Virus record (IMG/VR): IMGVR_UViG_3300028048_000061
Span: 1 to 64,000 of that record
Source: a virus
Strand: one strand, 5' to 3'
DNA length: 64,000 nucleotides
Under the pieces are notes generated by a model. That model had not been told where the DNA came from and did not search any database. It saw nothing but the letters and a program-made list of their open reading frames with translations. Shown piece after piece: positions 45,928-56,200 of the stretch; the first letter of the stretch is position 1, and the number at the start of each line of letters is the position of its first letter. The position numbers and the translations under genes are program-made.

Positions 45928-47028
45928 ATGAAAACATCATTAATCATTCAAGAAGCAAAAGAAATTAAACAATTTATAGATAAAAACAAATCATTGCCAA
46001 AATTCTGTACAATCAATGGCAATACATATAGTATATATACAACGTCATATTTATTAGGAAAATTTTTACAAGATACTAAGAAAACAAGTGTGAATGTTAA
46101 AACTATTCAAACTTATAAGACACACACAAATGATAATATTAATGAGAAAATTTTGCCAAATGACTATTTGGATATGAATAGTAGGTTTGTTAAATATTGT
46201 GAAACGAACAAAAAGGTTCCATCTTATATTACAACTAAAAAATCTCAAATCAAAGTATCATATGAATTATTCGTATATTGTTTATGTAAAATAATTACAT
46301 TTTACTCCAATAATTCAAACACTTTGCCAGCATACTGTACTTTTAATTCATCCGATATTCAAAATAAGACAACCACTAAAACAACCACCCAAAAAACAGC
46401 AACCACATCTACATCAACCACCAAAAAAGTTGTCAAAAAAAGCAATTGTGAAAACCCATTCACAAGCAGCCCACATTACATCACCGAGGGGTGCAACAGA
46501 TTAGGTCAATGTAGAGGTTACTATTGCGCCCCTCATAGCATTCATCAAGCAATGAAAAAATTCGGCATAACAAAATTTTCCGAAAATCAAATCGCACAAT
46601 GGGCCGGAACCACCACGTCAGGCACGGGACATAGCGGCATAAATACGGCCATAGCAAAGATATCAAAGCAATCAGGAGTTAAATTAAGCGTAAAATGGAA
46701 AAACTTCTCTGACATGGGAAAAACCGACAAGGAACGCTTTGAAAACATTGCAAAAATATTATGCAAACCGAATACAGCAATAATTTGGCATATTCTCTAT
46801 ATTAATGGAGGCTCTGGCATCGTAGGAAAGGGATTTGGACACTATGAATGTCTAGATAAGATAAACATAGCAACAAGCCACGTTAGAGCATTGAATTCAT
46901 TAGGGGATAGAAAAGCCGATGGAAGCTATAAGGGAAGATTACAAGATAGAATGTATGCAATACAAGCATATTATGCAAAGCATACCAATGGAGGACAACC
47001 AGCTCTCTGCATAATTACAAAAGGATGA
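45928..47028 (+). CDS. Pseudomurein endopeptidase (endolysin): PMB-type repeats + C39-like peptidase (PeiR-like)
   Basis: FIDKNKSLPKFCTI / FVKYCETNKKVPSYI binding repeats, Thr/Lys linker, GQC..YYCAPHSIHQ..GHYE..LNSLG catalytic region. Confidence 0.85.
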   Translation: MKTSLIIQEAKEIKQFIDKNKSLPKFCTINGNTYSIYTTSYLLGKFLQDTKKTSVNVKTIQTYKTHTNDNINEKILPNDYLDMNSRFVKYCETNKKVPSYITTKKSQIKVSYELFVYCLCKIITFYSNNSNTLPAYCTFNSSDIQNKTTTKTTTQKTATTSTSTTKKVVKKSNCENPFTSSPHYITEGCNRLGQCRGYYCAPHSIHQAMKKFGITKFSENQIAQWAGTTTSGTGHSGINTAIAKISKQSGVKLSVKWKNFSDMGKTDKERFENIAKILCKPNTAIIWHILYINGGSGIVGKGFGHYECLDKINIATSHVRALNSLGDRKADGSYKGRLQDRMYAIQAYYAKHTNGGQPALCIITKG

Positions 47029-47032
47029 TAAT

Positions 47033-47203
47033 ATGTACTTAAAAGCATTACAAAAAATCAACAATGGCTTATACAAAGCTATTGGACCACGAAACATCGT
47101 TATCGAAATACAAGTTTACATCAATAAGAAGCGCAACGAAAAAGACAAAGTTGATGAAAAGGAAATTCTAACATATGATGATGAACAACCATTTGTTCAA
47201 TAA
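47033..47203 (+). CDS. Hypothetical protein, 56 aa
   Basis: Hand-translated MYLKALQKINNGLYKAIGPRNIVIEIQVY...; RBS ggatga. Confidence 0.5.
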   Translation: MYLKALQKINNGLYKAIGPRNIVIEIQVYINKKRNEKDKVDEKEILTYDDEQPFVQ

Positions 47204-47242
47204 TTATCATTTAAATAAATTTAAAAATATATTTTAATACTA

Positions 47243-47542
47243 ATGAAAAGGAATCATCAAAAACTTGGAGTAGGGCTTCTTGCCCTTTTTTTTATTTTCT
47301 TAATTATCACACTATTATATGTCAATCCTCTTGTAGAGGAACGACATGCTCCATATAATCGGACAGAAATCATTCCTCAATATGGTTTTTATATGACAAA
47401 CATCACGTGTCCACATTGTGACTCGACAGACATCAATCCATACACAGCACATATTCAGGAGGATAATCGCAATAAAAAGGTCATAACATTTTTTTATTGT
47501 CATAACTGTTCGACAATCTTTTCAATACGACCGAGCAAGTGA
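47243..47542 (+). CDS. Membrane-anchored zinc-ribbon protein
   Basis: N-terminal TM helix; CPHC..CHNC. Confidence 0.7.
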   Translation: MKRNHQKLGVGLLALFFIFLIITLLYVNPLVEERHAPYNRTEIIPQYGFYMTNITCPHCDSTDINPYTAHIQEDNRNKKVITFFYCHNCSTIFSIRPSK

Positions 47543-47547
47543 AATTT

Positions 47548-47889
47548 ATGACGAAGCAATCAAGAGATTTAATGAAAAAGATACATTATAGACGAACCGT
47601 CTATAGCTGCGGTTTCGTTAAAAGCGTTGTAACGTCTATTTTGGGTTTCGGCACATTATTAATTTTTCAAAACCTCATGGTTGCTATGGGGAATCCTCTA
47701 ACCCCCTCAACCCAATTGATTTTTGGAATATTGATAATGATGGGCTGTGTATCAGCAATATTATTGTTTGATTCACAAAGAGAGAAAACTAAAGAGGCAG
47801 AATTAGACGCTATATTTGACGAAATTTTAAAAATCAAAGGAATCAAAGAAGCAGAATTAGCAAAGGAAGGAGAGGAAACTGATGAATGA
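47548..47889 (+). CDS. Holin-like two-TM protein
   Basis: Two TM helices and a charged C-terminus, near the endolysin. Confidence 0.5.
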   Translation: MTKQSRDLMKKIHYRRTVYSCGFVKSVVTSILGFGTLLIFQNLMVAMGNPLTPSTQLIFGILIMMGCVSAILLFDSQREKTKEAELDAIFDEILKIKGIKEAELAKEGEETDE

Positions 47890-48130
47890 GGAATTCGTAG
47901 GAAACGTATCAACAATTGTAAAAGTATTAGTATTGACATTTGTGCCAGCTGCATTTTTAGAACAAGTCGATGCAAATGCTTTAAGCGTAGTTTTAACTGG
48001 AATCATTATGTTTATTTTCAGTATTATTGACGCAAAATATTCAAACACTTTTAAAATTTTAGGTAAAGGCAATACAGAACCAATCGAAGAAGAAATCAAC
48101 GAAGAAGAAATTAACGAAGAGGGGATTTAA
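47882..48130 (+). CDS. Holin-like two-TM protein
   Basis: Two TM helices, acidic tail, overlaps the previous gene. Confidence 0.55.
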   Translation: MNEEFVGNVSTIVKVLVLTFVPAAFLEQVDANALSVVLTGIIMFIFSIIDAKYSNTFKILGKGNTEPIEEEINEEEINEEGI

Positions 48131-48343
48131 ATGGGAATGAATAGAAAATGGAATATGAAAGTATTTGAACTTCACGAGCTTGAACAATCAAATGATTCTA
48201 GCACTCCAGAGAAACCAACTCCTATAGATAATCCGGACAATCCAGCAAACCCAGATAATCCAGCAAACCCAGATAATCCAGAAAACCCAGAAAACCCAGA
48301 TAATCCAGAAAACCCAGAAAACCCAGATAGTCCAACTTTATAA
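48131..48343 (+). CDS. 70-aa protein with (NPD/NPA/NPE)n repeats
   Basis: 9-bp unit repeats at about 48230-48335; RBS gagggg. Confidence 0.55.
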   Translation: MGMNRKWNMKVFELHELEQSNDSSTPEKPTPIDNPDNPANPDNPANPDNPENPENPDNPENPENPDSPTL

Positions 48344-48379
48344 AATTATATTTTGCAAATAAGATAGAGGTAACAAAAA

Positions 48380-49537
48380 ATGGTTAGTGTACAGATACTA
48401 GACGAACAAGAAATCTTAGCTGATTTAAACCGAATTGCACAAGAACTCGGTTTAATCAACGAGGTTTTTGAAGCTTCACATATTTATATTTATTATTCTG
48501 TATTTGCAAGAGTCTTCGGCAAAATCAGTCGAGTTTTTGGAACATATATTGATAATATAGACATTAATGAAACAACAGATGAAGCATTATTAGAGCGATT
48601 AATCGCGCCTTTGGTTGTAAAACGAAGCGCAAGTACGGCAAAAGTTATTCTTACTTTTACAAGAAGAAATATGGAATCTGATAGTGATATCTTTATTCCA
48701 AGAAACTTTGAAGTAATGACTGAAATGACCGATAATCCTATCGTATTTAGAACAGCAGAAGCAAGGATTCTTTGGAGAGACACTTATTCCGTAAAAGTGC
48801 CTGCTTATTCAATCGATTTAGGCGCAATAAACAATGTTAATGCAAATACACTAACTTATTTTGTTGATTCAGAATTTGCAAATATTAGTGTTACAAATGA
48901 AGAGCCGGCGTACGGAGGAGCTGATGAAGAGACAAGCTTTGATTCAAGGCAAAGAATATTGTCATTTAGGTATGCGAGAGAGGGTGCTAAAGCACAATTG
49001 CAAGGATTATTAGCAGATGCTGGCATCCCCGTTGACGGCTTTAGATTAACAGAGTTTTATGATGGATATGGTTCATTATTGCTTGCTTTAGAGTGCGATA
49101 GTGATTCTATGTTTCAAGATGTTATAAATAGAATCGAAGTGTCACGTCCTCAAGGAATTATGTATCATTATTGTAGAGTAGAACCCAAATATATGAATTT
49201 TGATATCAAGGTATGGATTACAGGTTCAAGAATTTATGACGAATACTCTATTGACGCAATAAATGCATCAATTAAATCAGCGATAGAGCTATATTTCTCC
49301 CAAGATGTCTGGGTAGGAATGCCTCTTAGTCTAAAACGATTACAAGCGTTTGTTCTCAATTATATCGTAGCGGAAAATTACGAGATTTACGAAATCGATA
49401 TGAGCATTGAAAATGAGGAAAAATATGAACACGATTTCAAAACAAAACAAATTATCGTGAAACCGTGGGAAAAACTATATGCAAATAAGCTTACAATTGA
49501 TATAGATTACGAAACCGAAGAGGATTATGAGGGATAA
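48380..49537 (+). CDS. Baseplate J-like protein
   Basis: A...LTF..IPRNFEV..FRT..A.DLGAINNV..VTNEEPAYGGADEE....RQRI. Confidence 0.9.
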   Translation: MVSVQILDEQEILADLNRIAQELGLINEVFEASHIYIYYSVFARVFGKISRVFGTYIDNIDINETTDEALLERLIAPLVVKRSASTAKVILTFTRRNMESDSDIFIPRNFEVMTEMTDNPIVFRTAEARILWRDTYSVKVPAYSIDLGAINNVNANTLTYFVDSEFANISVTNEEPAYGGADEETSFDSRQRILSFRYAREGAKAQLQGLLADAGIPVDGFRLTEFYDGYGSLLLALECDSDSMFQDVINRIEVSRPQGIMYHYCRVEPKYMNFDIKVWITGSRIYDEYSIDAINASIKSAIELYFSQDVWVGMPLSLKRLQAFVLNYIVAENYEIYEIDMSIENEEKYEHDFKTKQIIVKPWEKLYANKLTIDIDYETEEDYEG

Positions 49538-49540
49538 TAT

Positions 49541-49987
49541 ATGGTTGAAAGAGCAGAAATACAAGATTTATTAGTCGACCAAGAAGATGTATTATTTGTT
49601 CAAGGAGCATTAGACTTCTATGATAATACCGTAATAGAAGACGATGACATCACCATATTAAATAACAGAGAAGCCCTAAAGCAAGGTATAGAGAATCTTT
49701 TGAGAACCCCAACTGGTGTTATAGATGGTGTTGGAATGGAGCGATTCGGAACCGATTTCTTGACTCTTCGAGGACAGCAAATCACTTATCATACAGTAGA
49801 ATTAGCAAAAAAATATATCAACGATTGTATCCCACAGTTACAAGGAAAAGTCCGAAAAATAGACGTACAAGCATTTAATCCAAGAAAGGATACACAAGAG
49901 CAAGACCCATATGGTAGATTTACAATGGGTTTCATATTAACAGTTGACAGCGTATATGGAGAAATAAGATTTCCCGTTTTATTATAA
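49541..49987 (+). CDS. gp25/GPW-like baseplate wedge protein
   Basis: EALKQGIENLLRTPTG....FGT pattern. Confidence 0.8.
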   Translation: MVERAEIQDLLVDQEDVLFVQGALDFYDNTVIEDDDITILNNREALKQGIENLLRTPTGVIDGVGMERFGTDFLTLRGQQITYHTVELAKKYINDCIPQLQGKVRKIDVQAFNPRKDTQEQDPYGRFTMGFILTVDSVYGEIRFPVLL

Positions 49988-49999
49988 TGAGGTGAAAAA

Positions 50000-52261
50000 A
50001 TGGGACGTTTTGACAATTATAATTACGAAATTAATAAAAGACTGCCAGAGTATTGGAATCAAGACGTTTTCTTAACCCCTATTGAACGATTTTCAGCAAT
50101 ATTAATGAGAGATACAGTACAACGCTTTATGGAAAAGATAACTGTATTACAACCATTTATGGTTTGGAAAACCCTTCCCGAAGAATATAATTGGGAATAC
50201 GGGTTTGAAGACTTCGATTTAAGATTAGCAAATAATGAAGAGAATGCCAATTCCAATCAAACATTACAATTATCCCCTAATAATCACATTGTAGCTCAAT
50301 TACCTTTGACAAAAAGAGATGTACACGCATATATTGTCATAGATTTGAGTTCAATGTCTTTTTCTGATGTCACAGAGTTTACCAAAATCGAGGAACTTAT
50401 AGTCAAGAATGCTGGGCAAACACTTAAAATTAAAAATATTGATTCTAAAACAGTTATCGAAATCAATACAAGAGAACAGTCTATTTTGATAAATGATATC
50501 GAACCAAAAGTCGACCAAATTGAAGGCTCATTGGATATCATAAAAAGAAGCCCACGAGAAGACCCAAGCTTAATTGATGACCCATTGGATATCAATGAGG
50601 TCTGTGAAGTTGAAATCTACTTGCCAAATGGTGAATCTGCATATTGTGACCTATACATAGAGCTTTTGAATCCCGTTTATGTAACAGAACAAAATATTCG
50701 TATTCACACATTAAGCGCATTTCCAATAGAATACGTAAGATTATATGGTTATATGTGCCACCAATTTAATAATAAACACCAATGGGTGTATCTTTGGGAA
50801 AAAACATACGCATATAACGATAGAATCATATATGACCGAGTGACAAAGCAGTATGATTGTGAAATCTTTTATATAGAAATTAAGCTATATGGACTTCCAG
50901 CTCCTATGTATGTTGGATTCCCAGCGAGTAAAGTTGATTCAGTTGATGGAATATTCACATTGAATGATAATTTAGATTATTGGGGAGAAATCTTTCATAT
51001 GCCACGACGGGAATACAAAACGGATATTCTTGAAGATGAAGAAAGATATTGTTTCCCTAAATATTATGCTTACCCAATTGAACAAGATTATCCTTACGAA
51101 CAGAGAATAATCAACGAATACAAATACAATGAGGATTGGCAAGATTACATTAGCATTATGGATACGGAGGGCAATGATATAGCATTAGTAAAATGCAAAG
51201 ACCCTTACATAGAGAATTTATATATGTATACAGAAACCATATTGCCAACTGATGCTTTAAATTCAAAAACAACATACTTGCCTTTATGTGTGCGACAAGA
51301 AGAGAACGGCACATGGGAAAACCCTGACAACTTACGATATGACTCAAAATCATTTAGTATCACCACATTAAAAAATCGAAATGAGGAAAATATAACAGAA
51401 AAATCATATCAATCAAGCATATTGACATTGTGTTTTGATTTAGAGAGCTTGCCAGAAAATTGCAAGGTCAGAGGTATGGAACTTAAATTTAAGGGTGTTT
51501 CAAATACTCACGCCGATAATATTTATATTGATGATAGGAGTTTTTTAAGATACACAAAGAAAACGTTAGAGGATGGCACAGGAAATCACTACTGGCAAAA
51601 AGTAAGCGTGCCATTGTCAAGCTACTTTGACCATTGGAGCCCAGACAACGCGTCATATGTGTTAGGCGATTCAGAATCAATTTTTGGATTGGATGAAATC
51701 ATTGATAAGGATTCCATTGAAAAGGGAGTTTATGAAAATGGATTATATCAAGCAAATCAAATTAGATTTGACATAGGATTTTCTAATACAAGTGATTATC
51801 TTGACTTGATTATTAAATTATTCAATATTCAGCTTACTGTTTATTTTGATGTGATTAAGGAAGACATCAAAATGAATGTGGATATTCCAAATAAAATCAT
51901 TACATATGGAGAGGAGGAATCATCCGTTATAGACGTCAACGTTACATTCAAAAACAATGGAGAGATGAAGGTCATTGATTATAATAGCTTTATTATCCTT
52001 CCTTCAGAGCTATGTTTTGCAGATAGCGAAAAAACAATTGATGACTTTAAATTGGGTAATTTATCTACACTTAATTATATTACAGATAATCGAGAATTTA
52101 ACATATTGAATATTGATGAAGAGTGGACAAAGACAATACAGGTTAAAGCAGCTAAAAATGATTCTAATTTCAAATCTGGAAGATATGATATCTTATTTGT
52201 TTCTGGAGATAAAATAATAATAGAAGAGGTATATGTATATGACGAAAATAGCGTTAACTAG
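50000..52261 (+). CDS. Large baseplate wedge/structural protein
   Basis: RLPEYW start; LDYWGEIFHMPR (gpI-like); follows J and gp25 homologs. Confidence 0.55.
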   Translation: MGRFDNYNYEINKRLPEYWNQDVFLTPIERFSAILMRDTVQRFMEKITVLQPFMVWKTLPEEYNWEYGFEDFDLRLANNEENANSNQTLQLSPNNHIVAQLPLTKRDVHAYIVIDLSSMSFSDVTEFTKIEELIVKNAGQTLKIKNIDSKTVIEINTREQSILINDIEPKVDQIEGSLDIIKRSPREDPSLIDDPLDINEVCEVEIYLPNGESAYCDLYIELLNPVYVTEQNIRIHTLSAFPIEYVRLYGYMCHQFNNKHQWVYLWEKTYAYNDRIIYDRVTKQYDCEIFYIEIKLYGLPAPMYVGFPASKVDSVDGIFTLNDNLDYWGEIFHMPRREYKTDILEDEERYCFPKYYAYPIEQDYPYEQRIINEYKYNEDWQDYISIMDTEGNDIALVKCKDPYIENLYMYTETILPTDALNSKTTYLPLCVRQEENGTWENPDNLRYDSKSFSITTLKNRNEENITEKSYQSSILTLCFDLESLPENCKVRGMELKFKGVSNTHADNIYIDDRSFLRYTKKTLEDGTGNHYWQKVSVPLSSYFDHWSPDNASYVLGDSESIFGLDEIIDKDSIEKGVYENGLYQANQIRFDIGFSNTSDYLDLIIKLFNIQLTVYFDVIKEDIKMNVDIPNKIITYGEEESSVIDVNVTFKNNGEMKVIDYNSFIILPSELCFADSEKTIDDFKLGNLSTLNYITDNREFNILNIDEEWTKTIQVKAAKNDSNFKSGRYDILFVSGDKIIIEEVYVYDENSVN

Positions 52262-53285
52262 CGATTTAAAACAATTAGCGTTACAGCAATATCATCCTTT
52301 TGTTAACATTGAGCTATGGAGTTTAGAGCAAGAGGAATATGATAATGAGCATAGAAACGACGAGGAGGACAATATTGTTGTAAATGATACAGTCAATATC
52401 AAAATTCTAAATAAAGATATAGAAGAATTACTTCGCCAAGATGGATATGGAGCCAATAACTGGTCACCACTATCAGTATATCAAAAGTATACCTCAAATT
52501 CTGACTTTACGAATATTATATTCACCCCATTTGATTCAAAAACAGATTCTCCTATTACAGATATCATTATCCCATCAGAATACTACAATGGAGTGTTTTA
52601 TCTCGAAATGCCTCGCTTTTATAGAATAATCTCTATGCATTTGCTTACAAATTATTATGATGCAAGCGATGATGTTGTCCTTTTTCACACAGAAAATATC
52701 ATTGACTATGTAAAGAAAAATCCGACGTCTTGGATAGCAAAGGTCAGTCAAGAAGACAAAGATATGGACGAGATTAGCATTGTAGCAGACAATGAAGTTG
52801 GTCGATATCTTATACCGTTGCCACAACATCTTCGAAAAATCCCTTCCATTGAAATAGATGCCTTTTATCAATATACAGACGAACATGGTATAGATAAAAA
52901 TCAAATTGGAATTATTGATACATCCATTAGAGGATATAAACAAAGAGATGGAACAGATGATACGGACAAGGAATATGAAGACCAAAGAACCCTTATCAAC
53001 ACCAATGACGATGTATATAAAACCGTAACGAGTGTTGAGAGAGACCCAAGTCAAAACAATATTCAACAAGATGAGTATTTTACATATACACCATCAAACA
53101 ACAAGTTTGCAACAGAACTTACAGAGCCGAATCAGATTTATGAAACAACAGTTAAATATTCAAATGATAATATATATATCGAAAAATACAATTATCGAGG
53201 CGAAAATGATTCTATTAATAGAGTTAATGAATTAACGACAAATGGACATTATAATTACATATTCACGGAATGGGAAGAAGAATAG
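52239..53285 (+). CDS. Hypothetical acidic structural protein
   Basis: Translationally coupled ORF; RBS gaggta. Confidence 0.55.
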   Translation: MTKIALTSDLKQLALQQYHPFVNIELWSLEQEEYDNEHRNDEEDNIVVNDTVNIKILNKDIEELLRQDGYGANNWSPLSVYQKYTSNSDFTNIIFTPFDSKTDSPITDIIIPSEYYNGVFYLEMPRFYRIISMHLLTNYYDASDDVVLFHTENIIDYVKKNPTSWIAKVSQEDKDMDEISIVADNEVGRYLIPLPQHLRKIPSIEIDAFYQYTDEHGIDKNQIGIIDTSIRGYKQRDGTDDTDKEYEDQRTLINTNDDVYKTVTSVERDPSQNNIQQDEYFTYTPSNNKFATELTEPNQIYETTVKYSNDNIYIEKYNYRGENDSINRVNELTTNGHYNYIFTEWEEE

Positions 53286-53298
53286 AGGTGTTAAGTAA

Positions 53299-56200
53299 AT
53301 GTCTAAAACAAGCATACAAGCAACAAAAATTACACAGCCACTTGCAGGAAAAAGGATACAAAACTCAAAAGGGAAAAACATAAAATCCCCAAGCATTTGC
53401 AGAGATGGTGACGCAAACCCATCATATCATCCGTGGGAAATTGGAACATTAAATAATTTTATCAAAGGAAAAGGAATACAATGTGGCCGAAAATCAACAT
53501 ATTTGTGTAATCTTAAAACTGTGCGATGGATTAAAGGATATAGAAACACTTGTCCACTTGCTGGATGCTGCGGAACATTCAATAGGCCAGCTCCATTGAT
53601 ATTAAGCAAGTTTAATTTTTCACAAAAGAACATTACAAAAAAAATTAAAATATCTGATGTGAAAATCTCTTACAAGCATCACGCAACCGGTGTGGATGTT
53701 GGAGTGGGCTCTGGGTCCGAAAAGAAAAATTGGACTGGATATTTTCCTTATGTAGACATTATTTTATACAAAAATTCAGATAAAATACAGACCATTCGTC
53801 ACAACAAAGCTGTTCCTTTGGCAAAAGATTCCACGGTAAGCGTTGCTTTTACTAAAGATATAACACCTTTTGACCCATCAAAAGACGACCTTAGAATTGA
53901 AATCAATTATTCTGCAAATGGAGCAGGAAAATATTATACAAAAGCAACGAATCCAGCCATCATTTATGCAAAAGACCTCAAGGTTGATATGACATATGAA
54001 TTTTTAGAAGAGCCAAAAATTCAATCAATATCAGTAACATCATCAAAGAGCACTTTAATAACTGACCCAAGAAATCCTAAAAACACGGCTGGAGACCAAA
54101 ATTGTCGAGATACAATTGTTCATACTCTTACATATGAAAATACAACAGCATCTGATATTATTGTAACTGTTCCAAAAGGAGTAATATATTCAAAGAAAAA
54201 TCAAGCATCAGAGAACAAAATTGTATATACGTATCAAGACACATCTGGAGTCATTGGAACGAAATCAATAACATACACACTTGATTCAAATAAGAAAAAA
54301 CAAATAACAAGAAAATATACTGCAAAAGCATATACAAAACCAACGGTACAAATTCATACAGAATACACAAAAAACCAAAAATATAATAATCAAAATTTTG
54401 TTTCCATATCAGGAACTTGTTGGAATAATATAGCGATTTATGTCGATGGAGACAAAAAGAAATTAATTGAGTGGGAAAACAACAATATTAATCAAGCAGA
54501 CTTTTTAAGAGAGATAAATAAGCTATCTTGTGGATATCACGACCTTAATGTACATATTGACGATGTCTTTCATAAAACATTTCGCATTTATATTAAGGCT
54601 CCTCAAATCATATTTGAATCTGATTTAAAAGGAGAATATATTCAAGATAAAACACAAGAAATTACCGTTAGCATAAAGCGAGTTGATAATAGCTTATTAG
54701 AAATGTTTGATGCTGAACAAGAAGAATTTATAGAAAAGCCTATTTACGTAACAATCATTGATACAGCAAATAAAGAAGTTCCCCCACAAGAAATACCATT
54801 TTATCCTGAAACCTCATATGAACACACTATCAATATGCAAGAAGCGGGTATTTTTGAATTAAAATATTCTTATAATAATGGATGCGGAGATGTAGACAAA
54901 ACCTTTGGAGAATATGTTATTACTCCACCACATAGCCAATCTTATGACAATCTTTTAATTCGAGGCGAAGATACAGACGTCAAATATGAATCAATAGTCA
55001 TTAGAAGAGGAGATAATCAGAAAAAGCCAGTTACATATGTAGATGTTGAAATGAGAGACTCAATGTCTGATTTTGTCTTGTTCGGAAAAGATGGACGCTG
55101 TGCATTAGGAGAATTAGGATATGGTATTTTAGCCATCAAGAATGTGAGCCAGCATAAAATTCATAATTTGTGTATAGAACTCAATCCTTTAATTGAATCA
55201 GACATAGATGACGGAGAAGAATATAATCCATTAGTTATGGAATGGCAAACAGGTATGTTACAAAATTTTGTCAAGAATTTTAACATTCTAAATCCAGCAT
55301 TTAAAGACATAGTAGAAATCTATAATATTCAAAACAAAGACTTAATCAACGAAGGAACAGAAAATGTAGTTTTGTGTATCAAGGAAATCAAGTCAAGCTC
55401 TGAAGAAAACAATATTATCGAACTCAAGATTCCTTTCTCATATTCATATGAAAAAGAAATCTATATGAACTTTTTAATATTAGGGGAACCAAATGATTTC
55501 GTTGATTTAGATGACAGAACAAATGGAATATATTCCAATGAAGAGTTTTATCATAAAGACAATTACGGAGATATAAACCTTTTTGCATCTCATACATTAA
55601 AACAAGAAACACGAGGATGTATGTGTATCTCATTAAAAACAATTGACTTGCTATCAACAGAATTATCAATTACTGGAGATGACCTTGATAGAAATGATAT
55701 CGAAAATCCTGATGACTTGGATATAAAATACACAATCAACATTTCAGAGGAAGACTGCGACGAGAACGGTGCAGATATCTTTGTTGATACGGAAATTGTC
55801 AATGATGCTCGGCTAATCCCAACGGGATATCAAATAGGCGATGGAGAAAAACAAAATATTGATTTAGGCGATGGCTTTATTCAAGAGACAATGTCTGACG
55901 GCAATGGAAATTTCATAGGCACAATCAATTTCAACAGAGGATTTACGCAAGTGGAAAATGGATTGCCGGGACAAAACGTGTTCTTGCGTTATCTTGACAG
56001 AAATAGCCAAGTTCAATTCATAAGAGCAACCACAAACAAAAACGGAATTGCTAAATTTGAATATACAATTCCAGATTATTATCAAGATAACGACGATGAA
56101 GATTCGGGTCCAACAGTCGATACAAAAGAAAAATATTATTTAACTGATATTTTAAAAACGATTGATATCTTCTATAAGGGCGATTCATTTAGAAAATCAG

